A stretch of DNA of 64,000 nt, taken from the NCBI GenBank assembly GCA_030704615.1, contig CM060733.1, positions 10,416,001-10,480,000 on the forward strand, written 5' to 3'. The notes beneath the pieces were generated by a model, which saw only the letters and a program-made list of their open reading frames with translations, was not told where the DNA came from and searched no databases. The DNA is from Takakia lepidozioides. Taxonomy: Eukaryota > Plantae > Bryophyta. Of the stretch, positions 1-12,837 are shown piece by piece. Position 1 is the stretch's first letter, and each line of letters begins with the position of its first letter. A program made the position numbers and the translations under genes.

Positions 1-3000
1 AGGCATTTCCAGTAATAAGGTTTTCGGTAAGTCTTGATCTCCATACTGTCCAAATGGAGGATGGCTTCTTCCCTTTATCTACCTTCGAGCTTTTTTGTTA
101 GGAGTAGGTGGTGTAACTTGATTCGATTCCATGTTCCCATCTATTTGAGCTCATCTTTGTGAGAAGTGTCACTGTGACCATTGCTTATGTTCATGGCCAA
201 TGATGGTTTATGACAGGGGAGCCCTGACAGCATAAATCTCCTTGCACAACTCACATCCTCCTATGGACCATCTGCATTTGAGCAAGCAGCTTCAGATAAT
301 GTCCAAGAGTTTTTTAAGAGTGAGCTGGTCCCATGGTGTCTAAAAGGGGACAGCAACCTCACAGCACCAAAAGTTGAGCTCCTTTTAGTATTCATTGAAA
401 CTGATCAGTTCCAGGCAGAATGGGATTCCACACTTGCACATCTTACGGAATGGCGAGTGGAGAGAGACAAACAGGGACAAGAGATCCACATTGATGTAGC
501 ACAGGTAGCTGTTCTAGCCACACTCACAGAGAAAGTGGGAGAAAGGTGGGCAAGGCTGGCAGACAAGGAGGTGTTCAAAGGACCGGCTACTGCAGTTGAG
601 GGGTGGAGGTCTCCAAGAATTGATGGTGCAGCGATTGAAGTGGCATGCTGTAGTATTCTGCCTCATCCATCATGCCTTCGCCTTTTGAGGTCTCGGATTC
701 ATGGATTAGCTTCTGATTTGCTGTGTGATGCTCTTGTTTGTAGCAGGAATGAACGGTCTGGGTTTAGGAATTCCAACAAGTGGAGAGGGAGTGCTGGCTA
801 CTGACAGACTGATGGATGAACAAGTAGCATCAACAGTTCGAAAGTCAAGGTTAGATTGATGCATGAACATATAGACAGATAGGACATATGGATGGACACA
901 TGAACAAAGGTGAAATAAGAGTTCCAACAGACCCAGACAACATCTCCAGAGATATAGGCAGAGACTGTGGGGACCGGGAGATGCAGTGAGATAGGACATG
1001 GGAAGACCAGTATCATGTGTTTGTTCATGCCTTGCAAGCCATGCCGAGCACTGTGTAGGCTCTTCACCTTTTTGTTCAATAATTGAAGGTGCAAAGCTAC
1101 CTTGGATGTGCAGGAGTGTGCTGGGAGGAGCATGCACTGGAGGAGACCTTCCTTTCTTGCTTTCCACCAAGGCTGCTGTGTGTGTTCTAGAGCAACTTTT
1201 AAAGCGAATGCTTACTGTACTAGCTGCCTCCAACTTACATTGGACCAAAGCAGTGCCTTCGTACATACTTTCCTTGGGAAATAATGCTGGCTCTCTTGAG
1301 GTTGATACCAAAGAAGAACCGACAGAAGAGATTTATGAACTGGCAAGGACTGCCTTGCAAATAGTCCGAGACTCAATAGTCTCGCTAAAGTTCCTGGACA
1401 GGGAATCTCAGGTTGGAACGCAGCTACTAGCTGCTGTCTTCTGCCTAGATTGGGCATTCTCAAAGTCTAGACTAGATACATTGGATGAAGTAGAAGAGGG
1501 GTATGAGACTGAAGAAGAAAACCTAGAAGAAATGGCTCCTGATAGAGGAGCTCAAATAGAGGTGACTATCAGTAGGGAAGCAGGCAACACTCTAGTTGTT
1601 GTGGGGCTTGACGCATCTACACAGTTGGAGCAGAGTCAAGCTTCCTTGGCTGAATGCTTGAAAACAGTGCGGGAGAGGGCCTCTCCCTTGTTTTGTCAAG
1701 GATTCAGCCCACTAAGCAGAGGGCAAGTGCGGTGGATTTTGGTCCAATGTGTGCGGCATGCTGTCTTTGAGGGAGGTTTTGAAAATGCCCATGTAACAGC
1801 AGCTGTTTGTGCTGCTTGGATGCGAGACATGGTGGACTATTTGTGTGTTCACGAGGATGAAGTCCAAGGGACAATAGCCTCGTGTCTTGCACCCAGCAGG
1901 TGTTGGCCTATCTGGACAACAGTTCCTCTTCTTGAAGACGACTTGTCACCCATACTGAAGTCTTCACATGAACTTACTACAGCTGAGGTTAGTGCTTCCA
2001 TGTTTGTTATTTCTGTGTTTTTCTGCAGTGTCCTCTTTCCCTTGAAGGTGTGACTGACAGTGCAACACAATTGTCATTTATAGTTCCAGTCTACGGAGGT
2101 AGAGCAACAGTCCTGGGGTTCTCCTCATCCTAGTAGGATGGGAATGCCAGTGCATGTAGTAAGACGGTTGAAACCCCACAACTAGTTCTAGGAGGGCCAC
2201 CATGGAAATATGTCTGTCATAGCCTGGAATGTCCAACAAGTACATCTGCTACCCCACCCACAGTGTGCTTAGTGTGTACCCGAATATGTGCACATGATAC
2301 CAGCCCTACCCGGAACCCATGTTGGTGTTGTGTCTTGAGTGTGATGATAGTCAAAAGGCGGTTGTCAAGAATTATGACAACTTGATGGTGGGTCTTGTTA
2401 TTATCAGGAAGAAAAGCATAAGCAAACTGCTGCGTTTGCAGAGATGCTAGCTACCTCACTAGGGGCAGAGACAGTGTTTCTTGGGTGCTCTACTCGGCTG
2501 CCACATGATGTTTTCGATCACGGAGACCAGCTGCGGGGCATAGAACCAGAACTGTCACCAGAAAGTGGCTGTGGATGTTACAGAGTTTGGCTGGCTATTG
2601 AGCTGTTGTGCACCTGGGAGTGGCCAGGTGGTAGCGCTGCTGACTCTCTTCTTCCTTTTCTGAACACGTGCGCAAGAAGCAGCTTAGGGGGGAGATCGCG
2701 AATTTTTCTAGAGAGCTGCCTGCAGGCGCTATTCATTGGTGCTTCATCTAACAGGATGGTTTCAATAGGCCAACCACCAGCAGTGTGGATATGCAGGGAA
2801 GACGAAGTGAAAAGTATAACTCAGCCTGTTTTACGTGCATTAATTATTTTGCTGAAGAGCTTGCTGGAAGGGGAGGCTCCATGGGGCAAAGTTGAAGCCA
2901 GGAAACTCTTTCTCGAATATATCACCAAGCCAGAGACTGGAGATTTCAATTCTCCTTTGGGTGAGAGGAGCATTTTAACGCAGCTTCTATTGATCTTAAT

Positions 3001-6000
3001 GCCAGTGCTACGCAAGAAACTTCCTGGTGGTGAAGCTGTCCACAAAGACAGCCCATCGTTGGAAAGAGCTGTGTGTGAGTGGTTGACTAGAGCTTTGGCA
3101 GGGCCACCCCTGGTTGCTTCCGAAGCAGGGCCAAAGCAGTCAGGTAAATATCCCCCCTGGCAACCCTGAAGAGATGAACTTTGTAATCTCTCACCCCCTC
3201 TCTCTTGTCCTGCTATGGCAAACAACATCTTATGAGTAGATTCTCTTATTGTTTCCTGTCGTTCTACGTTATCTCGGACGCTGGGGCACCCTCTGGATGT
3301 CATAGCGTTTCATTTCTTTCTCACTCATCGCAAAAGTGGGCTGGTTGGGTGGAGCAGAAGTAGAACAGTGGATGCAGGTGGCTGTGTCATGCTTTCCCTT
3401 GAAGCCATTTGGGGGTGCTGCAGCCATGGTAGCAGCTTCCACTGCTGAAGTTACCATTGAAGAGAGAGGCCTTCTTCTGAAGCTATTACAAAGGCAATTC
3501 TCGCGGCAAGCCGTGGCCTCATTTGCAGCTCAAGCTGCTGTTCATCGGTTGTCACCAGAACCGACCTTAAAAAACACAGAAAGGGAGCAAGCAGTGGAGC
3601 TGACGGTAGCCAAGTTGTTTGCTGCTTCGATTGCCTATTGCTGGCAGGATTTTGGGGTAGAGGAGTGGGGATTTGTATTAGCTCGGCTTCGCAAGTGGCT
3701 TGAAGCTGTAGTTCTTGAGGCCGAAGAGGTAACGGAGGCTGTGGTTGACTATATCAAGGCAGCTGAGCAGGTCAGAAAGGAGGAACCCTCAGCTGAGGAA
3801 GGGGAAGTTCACACAGGAAAACTTCCTCTGATGCCAGATTTAGAGCAGGCAATTGGCCAGCAAAGGAACAGCATGGTTGAGCTTTCAGCAACAGCTGTTG
3901 CTATTTTTTCTTTGCTGAGAGAGCTCAATACATTGGAGGGTGCAGCAGCTAGTGAAGCAATAGCCACCCTTGAGGAAGCCAACTGGGAAAGAGTGGAGGG
4001 GCATGCAATGGAAGATATTCTGCGGCTGCTTCTAGCGACTGGCCTTGCTGAATCAGCTGCTTCAAGCTCTATTGTTGGAGAACAGGTCACAGCTGTCATC
4101 TCCAATCGTCGGAAAGCGCAGGCAGGCTTGTGGGAAAACATTGCAGAGGTTGCTCTGAGTGCCACCGAGAGGGCCCGGGAAGCAGCTGTTCGATCCGCAG
4201 ACTTATGGGGGGTTGGAAAGGGGTCAATCAGTGGTCTTTATGCCCTCTTGTTCTCCTCTAATCCAATCGGGGCTTTGCAGTGGGTGGCTTACCAATTTCT
4301 GTCAACAGACCCTCTCCAGCAACTGGCAGTAACATGGGGAGTTGTAGCCTCGGAGCAGGCAGAATCTGAAGACAGCGAACAACAGGCGAGTATAGAAGAT
4401 ACATCTCCGGCAGCAATAGCCAGAATCCGCCCAGAGCTTGCCACTGTGCTCGAAACTCCTGCGGCTTTGCTTCTACAAAGCTCTCACACATCTCCCCTTC
4501 GGGTATGTTTCCTCAATGGGTGCAGATCTTAGGTTGCAAAAGGTCTTCAGTTTGAATTCGAACTAAATGCATCATAATAGGAGAAATTGAGCTATAGGCA
4601 TTTTATGTCATGGATAGTCCACACAATTTCACCACAATGTGCAACAGGTGCACTATTTACTGGGGTGGTCGCTTTTTTTGGCTCGTCTGCAAGCACTGTC
4701 GCCATCGTCCCCAGTCAGAGAAAGGCTGGTTCAATATACACAGGATACTGACACACCTTCCACTCTTCTCACTTGCCTCTTTCAATACATTCCTTTGGGG
4801 CAAAGCTCAGGTATTATTTTCAGTCTTGCACTTCTTATATCTCTTTCCTGTTCTCCACTTCTTTTGCTTTATCTGCCCCCTTGATTGCCCTTCTCTCTCA
4901 AAGGTTGAGAGACAGTGCACCCAGTCTCCTGTGTCACTTATATTGTAAGGTAGAGGGATATGATATGAAGGAATATGTTGATGTTCTACAGCTCAATTTG
5001 AACTTGCTTCAAGATGAACATATGTAAAACTTTTGATTGGTTATTAATGTTACCAAGTTTGTTCCTTTGTCTTCTTTCCTTTCTTTCTTACATTCTTTTC
5101 CGCTCAAACTGGGCGCGGGGTCAATGGCCACAAGGCTACGGCAAACAACGTCTTATGAGTACATTCTTTCTTACATTCTCTCGTTCTTTCTCACTGCAGA
5201 AGTTATAAAGTACCATTTCATTTCATTTTATTTCTCAACACTTCGGGCATGGCTGAGTCAAAAACTATGCACCAGTGCAGACATTCCTTATTTTATTCGA
5301 CCATCCAGTACCTTCACATGAAGTCAATGCAAGTAACCAGAGTTAAGACTTCCAGTTTCTCTGTGTTTGCCTTGTCATACCACCTGGTAGCAGTCTTATT
5401 GGGAGTACATTTCAAATCTCTGCAGGTGCTTTTGCTTCAAGGAAGCGAAATGCAACAACTGGAGCACAGCCAAGCAGTGCAGCAACATCTGCAACACGGG
5501 CTGCTGCGACTGGGTCAGTGGGGTTTGCTGTGGAGGGGTTGTGGCCAGTGAGGAGGGAGGAGTTGGTAGTGCTGGCAGGGGCCATATATGGTTTAGTGCT
5601 ACGGGTACTGCCTGCTTGTGTGCGTATTTGGTTCACTGGGTTGCGAGATAGATCTGCTGCTTCTGCAATTGAAGCTTTTACCACGACTTATTGCAGTCCC
5701 CAACTTTTAGCTGATGAGTTCTCTCAGGTATGAATTTCTCCCTTTCTTTATAGGCGGCATATGTTGTGAATGTTTGGCTTGCCATGTATATGTCTGCTGC
5801 ATGGTCTAGATTCATCTACGTTGCTCGTGTTAAAAAAAGGAAAGCCTTAATCTCCCTGAGATTTGGCCACTCATGCAGGACCAGGTGTTCTCTACAGTAC
5901 TGGACAGCAATAGCCATCTGTGTCATGCAGGAAAACTATTCGATTTTCATGGCAATGGTAAATCAAGTCCTAGGACGTTCATATATTCAAGCAAGGGTGT

Positions 6001-7102
6001 AATGAATACAACCCAATTTTTTGATGTTTTCATTGCCGGAGTAAAATTGTCTGTAAACGTATTCTACAGGTTCAAGCATCAGCTGTTACAGATGAGACAC
6101 TCTCAATTCGTGCCAATCGCACCCTACGCGAGGTGACAGCCACCTACAAGAAAGAGGAGGTGGGCATGGACATCGTCATTCGACTGCATGCCTGCTACCC
6201 GCTTCGAGCAGTTGAGGTTTTCTGTCCCTGGCGCCTAGGGATTAACGAGACGCTTCTACGCAAGTGGATTCTCTCCATGGCAGCCTTCCTCCGTAACCAG
6301 GTATGTCTCTCTCTCTTTTGTGTTCTACTTGTGTCCCTTGGTCCTTGGGCCTCCTGTGGATGTCATAAATTCTTCTTTTTTTCCTTCCTCTCTCGTTTGA
6401 CGAAAGGGAACAAGGCCCCAATCAGACTAACATAGGAACCACTTCAGCAACTCCTACACATTATACCTCATCATCCACCTGGGTACGGACCTCCATCAGT
6501 CTCTTCCCGAGTTTTTTTTAACCCCTTACGACAGCAAGAGCCATATGTGAAGTATTTTTCACCCTGTAATTCCCAGGCAATGGACAGACCTAGATTTCCA
6601 TGGCAGGTGACACATGTGGTGTAGATGGAGCAGGCAGGCTTACCTAACTCATTAGAGCAAACACAAGATCAACGAAAAATAACCCTGGTTTCAGGGAGAG
6701 ATGTTTGTCAGTGCAGAGGTATTAAAATTACTATACCTTAATTTTAAGTGTGGAATTGGGTGATTCAAACATAGTAGGTTAATATGGAAACTATAGATGA
6801 GAGTGGTTGAAGATATGATCTCTGGAAGGGTGATATCTTCACATGAATTGTTGTGGATGGTATTCTTGCAACAGAATGGAGCTGTCTCAGAAGCGGTGCA
6901 GATGTGGAAGTGGAATGTTGATCGTGAGTTTGAGGGTGTTGAGGAGTGTCCCATTTGCTACTCAATCATCCACACCTCGAACCACTCCCTCCCTCGCTTG
7001 GCCTGCAAGACCTGTAAACATAAGTTTCATTCACAATGTCTCTACAAATGGTTCTCAACTTCTCACAAATCGACTTGCCCTCTCTGTCAGACACCGTTCT
7101 AA
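1..7102 (+). CDS. LTN1: E3 ubiquitin-protein ligase listerin (LTN1), multi-exon; 5' part lies outside the window
   Basis: GT-AG exons at about 217-690, 1114-1987, 2408-3143, 3338-4503, 4649-4810, 5426-5727, 6070-6300 and 6875-7102. C-terminal RWD-like region ([27 protein letters not shown]...LRKW) and terminal [13 protein letters not shown]...[32 protein letters not shown], typical of listerin. Confidence 0.93.
5097..5163 (+). mobile_element. Extremely 5'-truncated LINE 3'-end insertion in an LTN1 intron
   Basis: 67 bp, near-identical to the LINE 3' ends at about 28520-28595(-) and 29090-29160(-). Flanked by a 16-bp direct repeat TTCTTTCTTACATTCT (5081-5096 and 5164-5179). Confidence 0.85.
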
Positions 7103-8075
7103 TCAATATGGGCAACACCCGTTTCTTTTTTCTTCCAGTTTCAAGTCAGCAGACAGTTTATGCGTGGAGTCAGTCTGGAGCTTGTGAAAAGATTACTGCC
7201 TCATGCCAAAAGAGTTGGTGCTACGATAGCCCTGAAAATTCCGACTGGGATCATAAGCTACTGCGCTCCTTGGTACCGAGTAGTACTGCATCACTCAAAA
7301 GTCAGTCTACAAGTTTGCCTTGGAATAGATGGAGCTTGAGGCTTCGTAATTTTCTGGAGTCTGAACCGGCCTACAACTATCATGCTAGTGAGCAATTCCC
7401 ACTGGTCAGAAGTGAGGACAAGCTGGTTGTGGTGCAGCTCACAACCTCTGGACTTAACAGGAAAACCACCTTGCCATCTTCCACAGTGAAAGAGCTGGGC
7501 CCATTTCATGTGCTGGATTCAGCCTACAGGCATTGGGAGGAGCTTTTTGCTGATGCCACATGAGATGCCTGCAAGTTTCAGTATATTGACTCGTGAGAGA
7601 TTCTGGTGGGCGGGCGCAAGGGAAGGGCAGTCGTATTAGAAGACTGGTCCATCTTATATCAAAGGGAGAATTCCATGTGTCCTTTGTTGCAGACCTCCCA
7701 TGACGGTGGATGTCTTGGTTCTCAGGCCTAGCAAAGATCAGATCCACATCATATAGTTAGTAGAGCAAGATATGCTTTACCACTCATTGTAACAGCTGAG
7801 TGTTGGATGTTAGGAGCAGTACTGGTTAGGAGGCCACAAAGATGTCCTGGACCAAGCTCCCTGTAGAGTTATTTGTACAACGTTGTGGTGTATGCCACTC
7901 TTAATACATCCCCTCAACTTCACTATGGTCATTATGAGTTGCTTCATGTCTTAATTATTGGAGTTCAGGAGCTTCTTAAATTGTGCGAACTGGTGAAGTC
8001 TCGCATGTCATGAGAGCAAACAATTGTGACATGTGGACCTGTATTAGAGTTTAGGGTAGGGAAATGAGTCTTAAC

Positions 8076-8458
8076 CAGTGTTGGGCAGTTATTTGAATTT
8101 CTCTCATATACCAGGCGGTTACCTATCCGGTTATATGTATATATGACCGGTTACCTATCCGGTTATATGTATATATGACCGGCAGAGGTGAAAAAAATGA
8201 AGTAACCGGTTCAGTTAGGAACCGGCGGAGGTCACACAAAAAATAACCAAGCAAAAAACCTCTTAAAGAACCGCCCAATACCCGCGGTTATTTGATGAAA
8301 ACCGTCGGTATTTGAGGTTTTTGCAAGTAACCGTAACCGGCAGGTTATATCTAGCCATAAAAAATTTAATAACCGCAACCGCAGGTTAATAGTTTTCTAA
8401 AATTTGAAGCAACCGGAACCGCCGGTTATGAAAAAAATCAAATAACCGCCCAACACTA
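8076..8458. mobile_element. hAT-type MITE (383 bp)
   Basis: TIRs CAGTGTTGGGCAGTTATTTGA / TCAAATAACCGCCCAACACTA. Perfect 8-bp TSD GTCTTAAC (8068-8075, 8459-8466). Many internal AACCG/CCGGTT motifs and a ~31-bp internal tandem duplication. Confidence 0.9.
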
Positions 8459-8689
8459 GTCTTAACCTTCTTGCAAATGCTCTTATTTAATTGACATTTG
8501 AGGATTGGAAGTAAGTATCAGCTATGTATGAGCTACTCATTTGTAAGCCAGAATGAAAGGTGTGAGTTGGGACATTGTAAACATTGCTTTTCACAACATG
8601 TGGTTAGCGCCTTACAACCACCCAAACTAAAAAAAGAAAGTTAATGTGTGGGTATGGAAGACTTTCCAGCCCTGGGGAGGGTTGAGCAA

Positions 8690-8748
8690 CTGCATTGCAG
8701 GGGGTCTATGGCCATAAGGCAGCGGCTAACAATTACATTCTCTCCCTC
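8690..8748 (+). mobile_element. Diverged LINE 3'-end remnant
   Basis: GGGGGTCTATGGCCATAAGGCAGCGGCTAACAA...ACATTCTCTC resembles the family 3' end GGGGTCAATGGCCACAAGGCTACGGCAAACAA...ACATTCT. Confidence 0.55.
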
Positions 8749-9089
8749 GTGGCCACAAGGTTTATAAGTAGATTTTATTTTATATTTTCTCTCACTCTAA
8801 CCCACAAGAAACTTTATAAATCAAATGCTTGGGCAAGCCAGCATTTGGGCAAAGTAACACAGAGTAAAAATGTTATGACCCAGTCTTGGGACACCGACTT
8901 GACCTGACCTTCCATGAACAACAAATGTAAGGAGGCTGGTAGTAAGCTTTGCACAGGCTTCGGAATTCCTAATGAAGAGGCTAGATGTAGTAATACACAG
9001 TAACCCACCTACCAGAGTTCGAAAGAGACCAATAAATTTTTTAACCCACATCAACAGTCAAAAATAAAGTTGAAAGTTGAAGTTTGCTT

Positions 9090-9235
9090 AATGTCCAGAG
9101 GATTCCCACTGCTCAACGCACAGCCCATCGCCGCGCCAATGGACAATTTAAGGGACATGTTGCAGGATTGAACCCAGGATCACCCTGGTTATGCACAGGC
9201 AAGGCACAAACACCCAACCTGGGCTGCCTGCTAAA
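9090..9235 (-). mobile_element. Putative tRNA-derived SINE (diverged copy)
   Basis: Minus strand has A-box-like GCAGCCCAGGTTGG and B-box GGTTCAATCC followed by TGCAACATGTCC, similar to the copies at about 50865-51045 and 54060-54225. Confidence 0.45.
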
Positions 9236-11475
9236 AATTAATCTACGCGGAGGTGTTTTCATTCCTCATCCTATATGTGAGATCCATGCAGGTAGTTTGA
9301 TAGTAGATTGACAATTCATGAGATCGTAAGGGCTCCAAGTAACTGACAAAGTCTATATGCACATTCGCACTCAACACTAATGAGTATCTCTAGGTCAGGA
9401 GCCAGTTTTACAGAGATTAAGGTAACTTGATAACTTGACTATCTCCAATATGGATAGTTACAAAGAATGAAGCTCTCAGTTCAGCTGCGAGTAAAAGATT
9501 GCGGAAGACTACAAATGATGCCTGAAAATCCAAATACGAGGTCAAATAGACATTAGAACTGCTTTTAAGGTATTGTGTACTGGAGAAGAGACCAACCACC
9601 ACAGTCACATCCTCATATTTCTGCTTCAAATCCTGCAATACAGAAGCACCACATCACCAACATGGCCAAAAAATAATGAATTGGACTCCCAATGTACCTT
9701 CTCGAATAAATGACTGCAAACAACAACACCACATTCATGTGCTTAATCCAAATTAGCAGCCTCCAAAGTCACAACCCTGACAAGTGATCATTCAATGACG
9801 AGATCTGTGTCCAGAGCTAGGTTGTTTTGACGGTCCCTCAAGTCTCTTTAACTCTCACCTCTAGCTCTTGTCGCCACTCCTAACCTCTTATCTGCATTAT
9901 GATCTACCAAGCCACATCCATCAACAATACCTTACCAGTTGAGCCCTTTTTGATCTTCATATAGCATGGTATCTCATTCAAGGCCTCAAGGGTGTGCAGC
10001 TACTAATATGGTGCAGGAAAATGTTTGCAGTAGTGGCCTTTCGATGGTAGTCCACCAATGTACTGTATACCTTGCATACATGTAAAGAATCAGTGAAGGA
10101 CCTGGAGGCCCAAAGACAGTCTTGCTTACATTTTCTGTGTTAAGGTTCAAAATTAGTACCAGGACCACACAGGGGCAAGCCATAAAGCTCCAACGATTTT
10201 TCCTCTGCGATCTTATCCCTGAACAACATTGACCTGCAAGCCAGCAGCTCTTCCAGAAACCACACTACCATGAATCTGATCTCTGCACCTTTGCCCTTGA
10301 AGAGCTCCCACCAATTGGCTTTGTCTGGAGAACAGACCATAAATGCCCTGGCACACAAATTTGACTCTTAAGCTTCCACTGAACTAAAAGTATAAGTGGC
10401 CGACATGTATACAATCACCCAAAGTCCGCATGGACTCAGAAAGTCCTCCTACTTATCTATACCTTGCTTGAGAAATTGTTTTCTGACCAGCTGGACAACC
10501 CCATCAGAGACAGTCCAGCATTGGTGTACTATAGTCCTCATTGACCTGTAGGCAGTAAACCTTGTGCGACACCAGTACCTCTTCAGGGGCTATGTGCCCA
10601 AGCTGGGCTGCTGTTTCATTTACAGTTACCTCTAAAGCTGAATGAAGGTTCTCTTCTACATCTCTCAAGCCATGCTCCATGAGATCCTGGACAATCCCAC
10701 CTGCTACATAAAAATTTGTCTTCAACTCTTCAATGGACTTGGATTTGATCTACCTGGTTTTCTCAATTTTCATCCCATGTTGAAGCTCATCAAAACCCCA
10801 CACTGCATGGGCCTATAGTTGATCCACTACAGATACAGTGTTGCTTCAAACTTCAATCTGGCTGAAAAAAAATGAGTACAACTGAATGACTGGCAGTAAC
10901 TGATACCAAGAAGTCGAAGCAATCTGCATCATCCCAGGGATTTCTGAAAGAGCGATGTGCAAAAGTTCAGTCTCAGCTCGTGGAAAGGAGTGTTTGTAGG
11001 ATTCGTGAACTTGAGGGGTAGTAAGGACAGGGGCTCTCAATTGTAGGGAAGAGCAGACCACACAAGGTAACGTACTTGAATCTGCACTTCTCCATTCTTT
11101 CTACACCATCCATACCTTGACTTGTTTAAGAGGAAATCAGCTCACAATCTACCCGATGAGAGACATTCAGAACTCTTCTTTGCAGTCTTTCAAGTCACCT
11201 GATAAGGTTGTCCATCAAATCTATTGACACTTTGTCAAATCCTTCTTTCCCTCTCTTGAAAAACCACAAATTTGGATAGTTAACTCAGTCTTGCACACCA
11301 CTTGCCATGGGAAAGGGAAAGTTACGTGTTCAATTCAAGGTTGTCCCCCACCCAACAGCACATGTGTCCCAGCCTAATGCCAGATGGTTTTGGCTCTGGT
11401 ACAATTACTCATCACACAACTTTTGAGTAAATCTCCAAATTAAGGAGTTCCCGTTTAAGGTTCAAACTGCACTCA

Positions 11476-12837
11476 TCATAAGAAAGAGGAACCAAGATGA
11501 ACATTATGAAGTAAGTTATGGGCTATGGCATCTCGCGACTGCAAGCAGGAGCGAGAGGCGGAGCCCAGATCTGCAAGCATATCATCATCTATGATATCAA
11601 ACATAAGCTCTGAATCAAAGTCTTCATTGTGCATTTCACAGACATTGTGCAGCACACAGCATGCCCCCAGAACAGCAGGGAGCAATTGTAGCTTGACCTC
11701 TGTTCTACGCTGCAAGATTCGCCAGCGGCTTTTGAGGCGGCAAAAGGCACCTCTAGCCACTTGCAAGACCTCCATTACCTTCTCATTGAAGGCATGTTGT
11801 GCCCAAGTCAGGTTGTGTTGAACATAGGGAACTAATAGCCAATCTTGTAGCGGATATCCAGGGCCGCCCACTACCCACATCCCTTGCAGACTTCCACTCA
11901 TCCCTCTCTGATACAAGGCTGACTTCTCCAACACCCCCTCATCTGACATAGACCCCGGCCACCCAATGCACACATCGGTGAAGGACCCATGGACGTCCAC
12001 CATGCCTTGCAATGTGATGGAGTAAGAGGTCTTATGATTACGTTCTGTGTGCCGCTTGTTGAAGTAGGCCGCAACATTGATCTTGGGTGCAATTATGGGA
12101 ATATGAGTGGTATAGAGCGCACCCACGACACGACGCATTCCTGAAACACTCTCAAACTCTTCCATTACTGCCTGCAAACGCTCGCCCGCCGGCCATTGCA
12201 CATACTTAGGTAGGAGCACATCGTTGATTGCAGCACAAACCTCAAACACCATCTTGTGACAGGTGGAGATGCCAAGTCCGAAGCGCTTCGACACAAGACG
12301 AAGGGGTTCTCCCGTAGCTAGTCGCCAGATGCACACTGCCACTCTCTGTCTGACAGGAATGGCCGCCCTCAGCATAGTATCTTCCTTCTCCACAGCTCCA
12401 GCAAGCTGCTCACAGATCCTGTCAAATGTGGGGCGAGACATCCGGAATGCTCGATGGAACTCAATGTCTGGGAAACCTGGATGGTTGCATCGCGCCCACC
12501 ATGCCTGTGATCGATTCTTCACCCACAGCCGTCGCTGCACACTCTGCTGGGTGGCGACAGCGGCCCCCAGAGCAGCTGCAGCCACACGCGCACGCCTCAG
12601 ACGACATGTTTCAAGCACATCCAGGTCCGCATACACAGACTGCAATTGCCGATAGTATCTTTGCAGCCATGCCCGCCGGCGCGCATGCTGCTGCTGCCAT
12701 TGGAAGTACGCAAGGGCTTGCCGACGCTCTTCCCGCTGATACTGTCTGTTTTCCTCATCTAGCAACAAGAGCAACAGGAGCTCCCACTTCCAGCTCTTTC
12801 TGATACAACCATCAATTCTAGGCCGCATCATTGCCAC
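11476..12837 (-). CDS. ALP1-like / HARBI1-family (DDE_Tnp_4) domesticated PIF/Harbinger transposase-derived protein, intronless, 453 aa
   Basis: Motifs FRMSRPTFDRIC, IPVRQRVAVCIWRLATGEPLRLVSKRFGLGISTC, YTTHIPIIAPK..AAYFNKRHTERNHKTSYSITLQG, GWPGSMSD and ACCVLHNVCE. ORF intact; no TIRs seen. Confidence 0.9.
   Translation of the reverse strand: MAMMRPRIDGCIRKSWKWELLLLLLLDEENRQYQREERRQALAYFQWQQQHARRRAWLQRYYRQLQSVYADLDVLETCRLRRARVAAAALGAAVATQQSVQRRLWVKNRSQAWWARCNHPGFPDIEFHRAFRMSRPTFDRICEQLAGAVEKEDTMLRAAIPVRQRVAVCIWRLATGEPLRLVSKRFGLGISTCHKMVFEVCAAINDVLLPKYVQWPAGERLQAVMEEFESVSGMRRVVGALYTTHIPIIAPKINVAAYFNKRHTERNHKTSYSITLQGMVDVHGSFTDVCIGWPGSMSDEGVLEKSALYQRGMSGSLQGMWVVGGPGYPLQDWLLVPYVQHNLTWAQHAFNEKVMEVLQVARGAFCRLKSRWRILQRRTEVKLQLLPAVLGACCVLHNVCEMHNEDFDSELMFDIIDDDMLADLGSASRSCLQSRDAIAHNLLHNVHLGSSFL

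Noticed and set aside
9400-11300. Minus-strand coding-like fragments (e.g. ORF 10504-10725)
   Set aside because: No recognisable domain and many stops. May be a decayed TE but cannot be supported.
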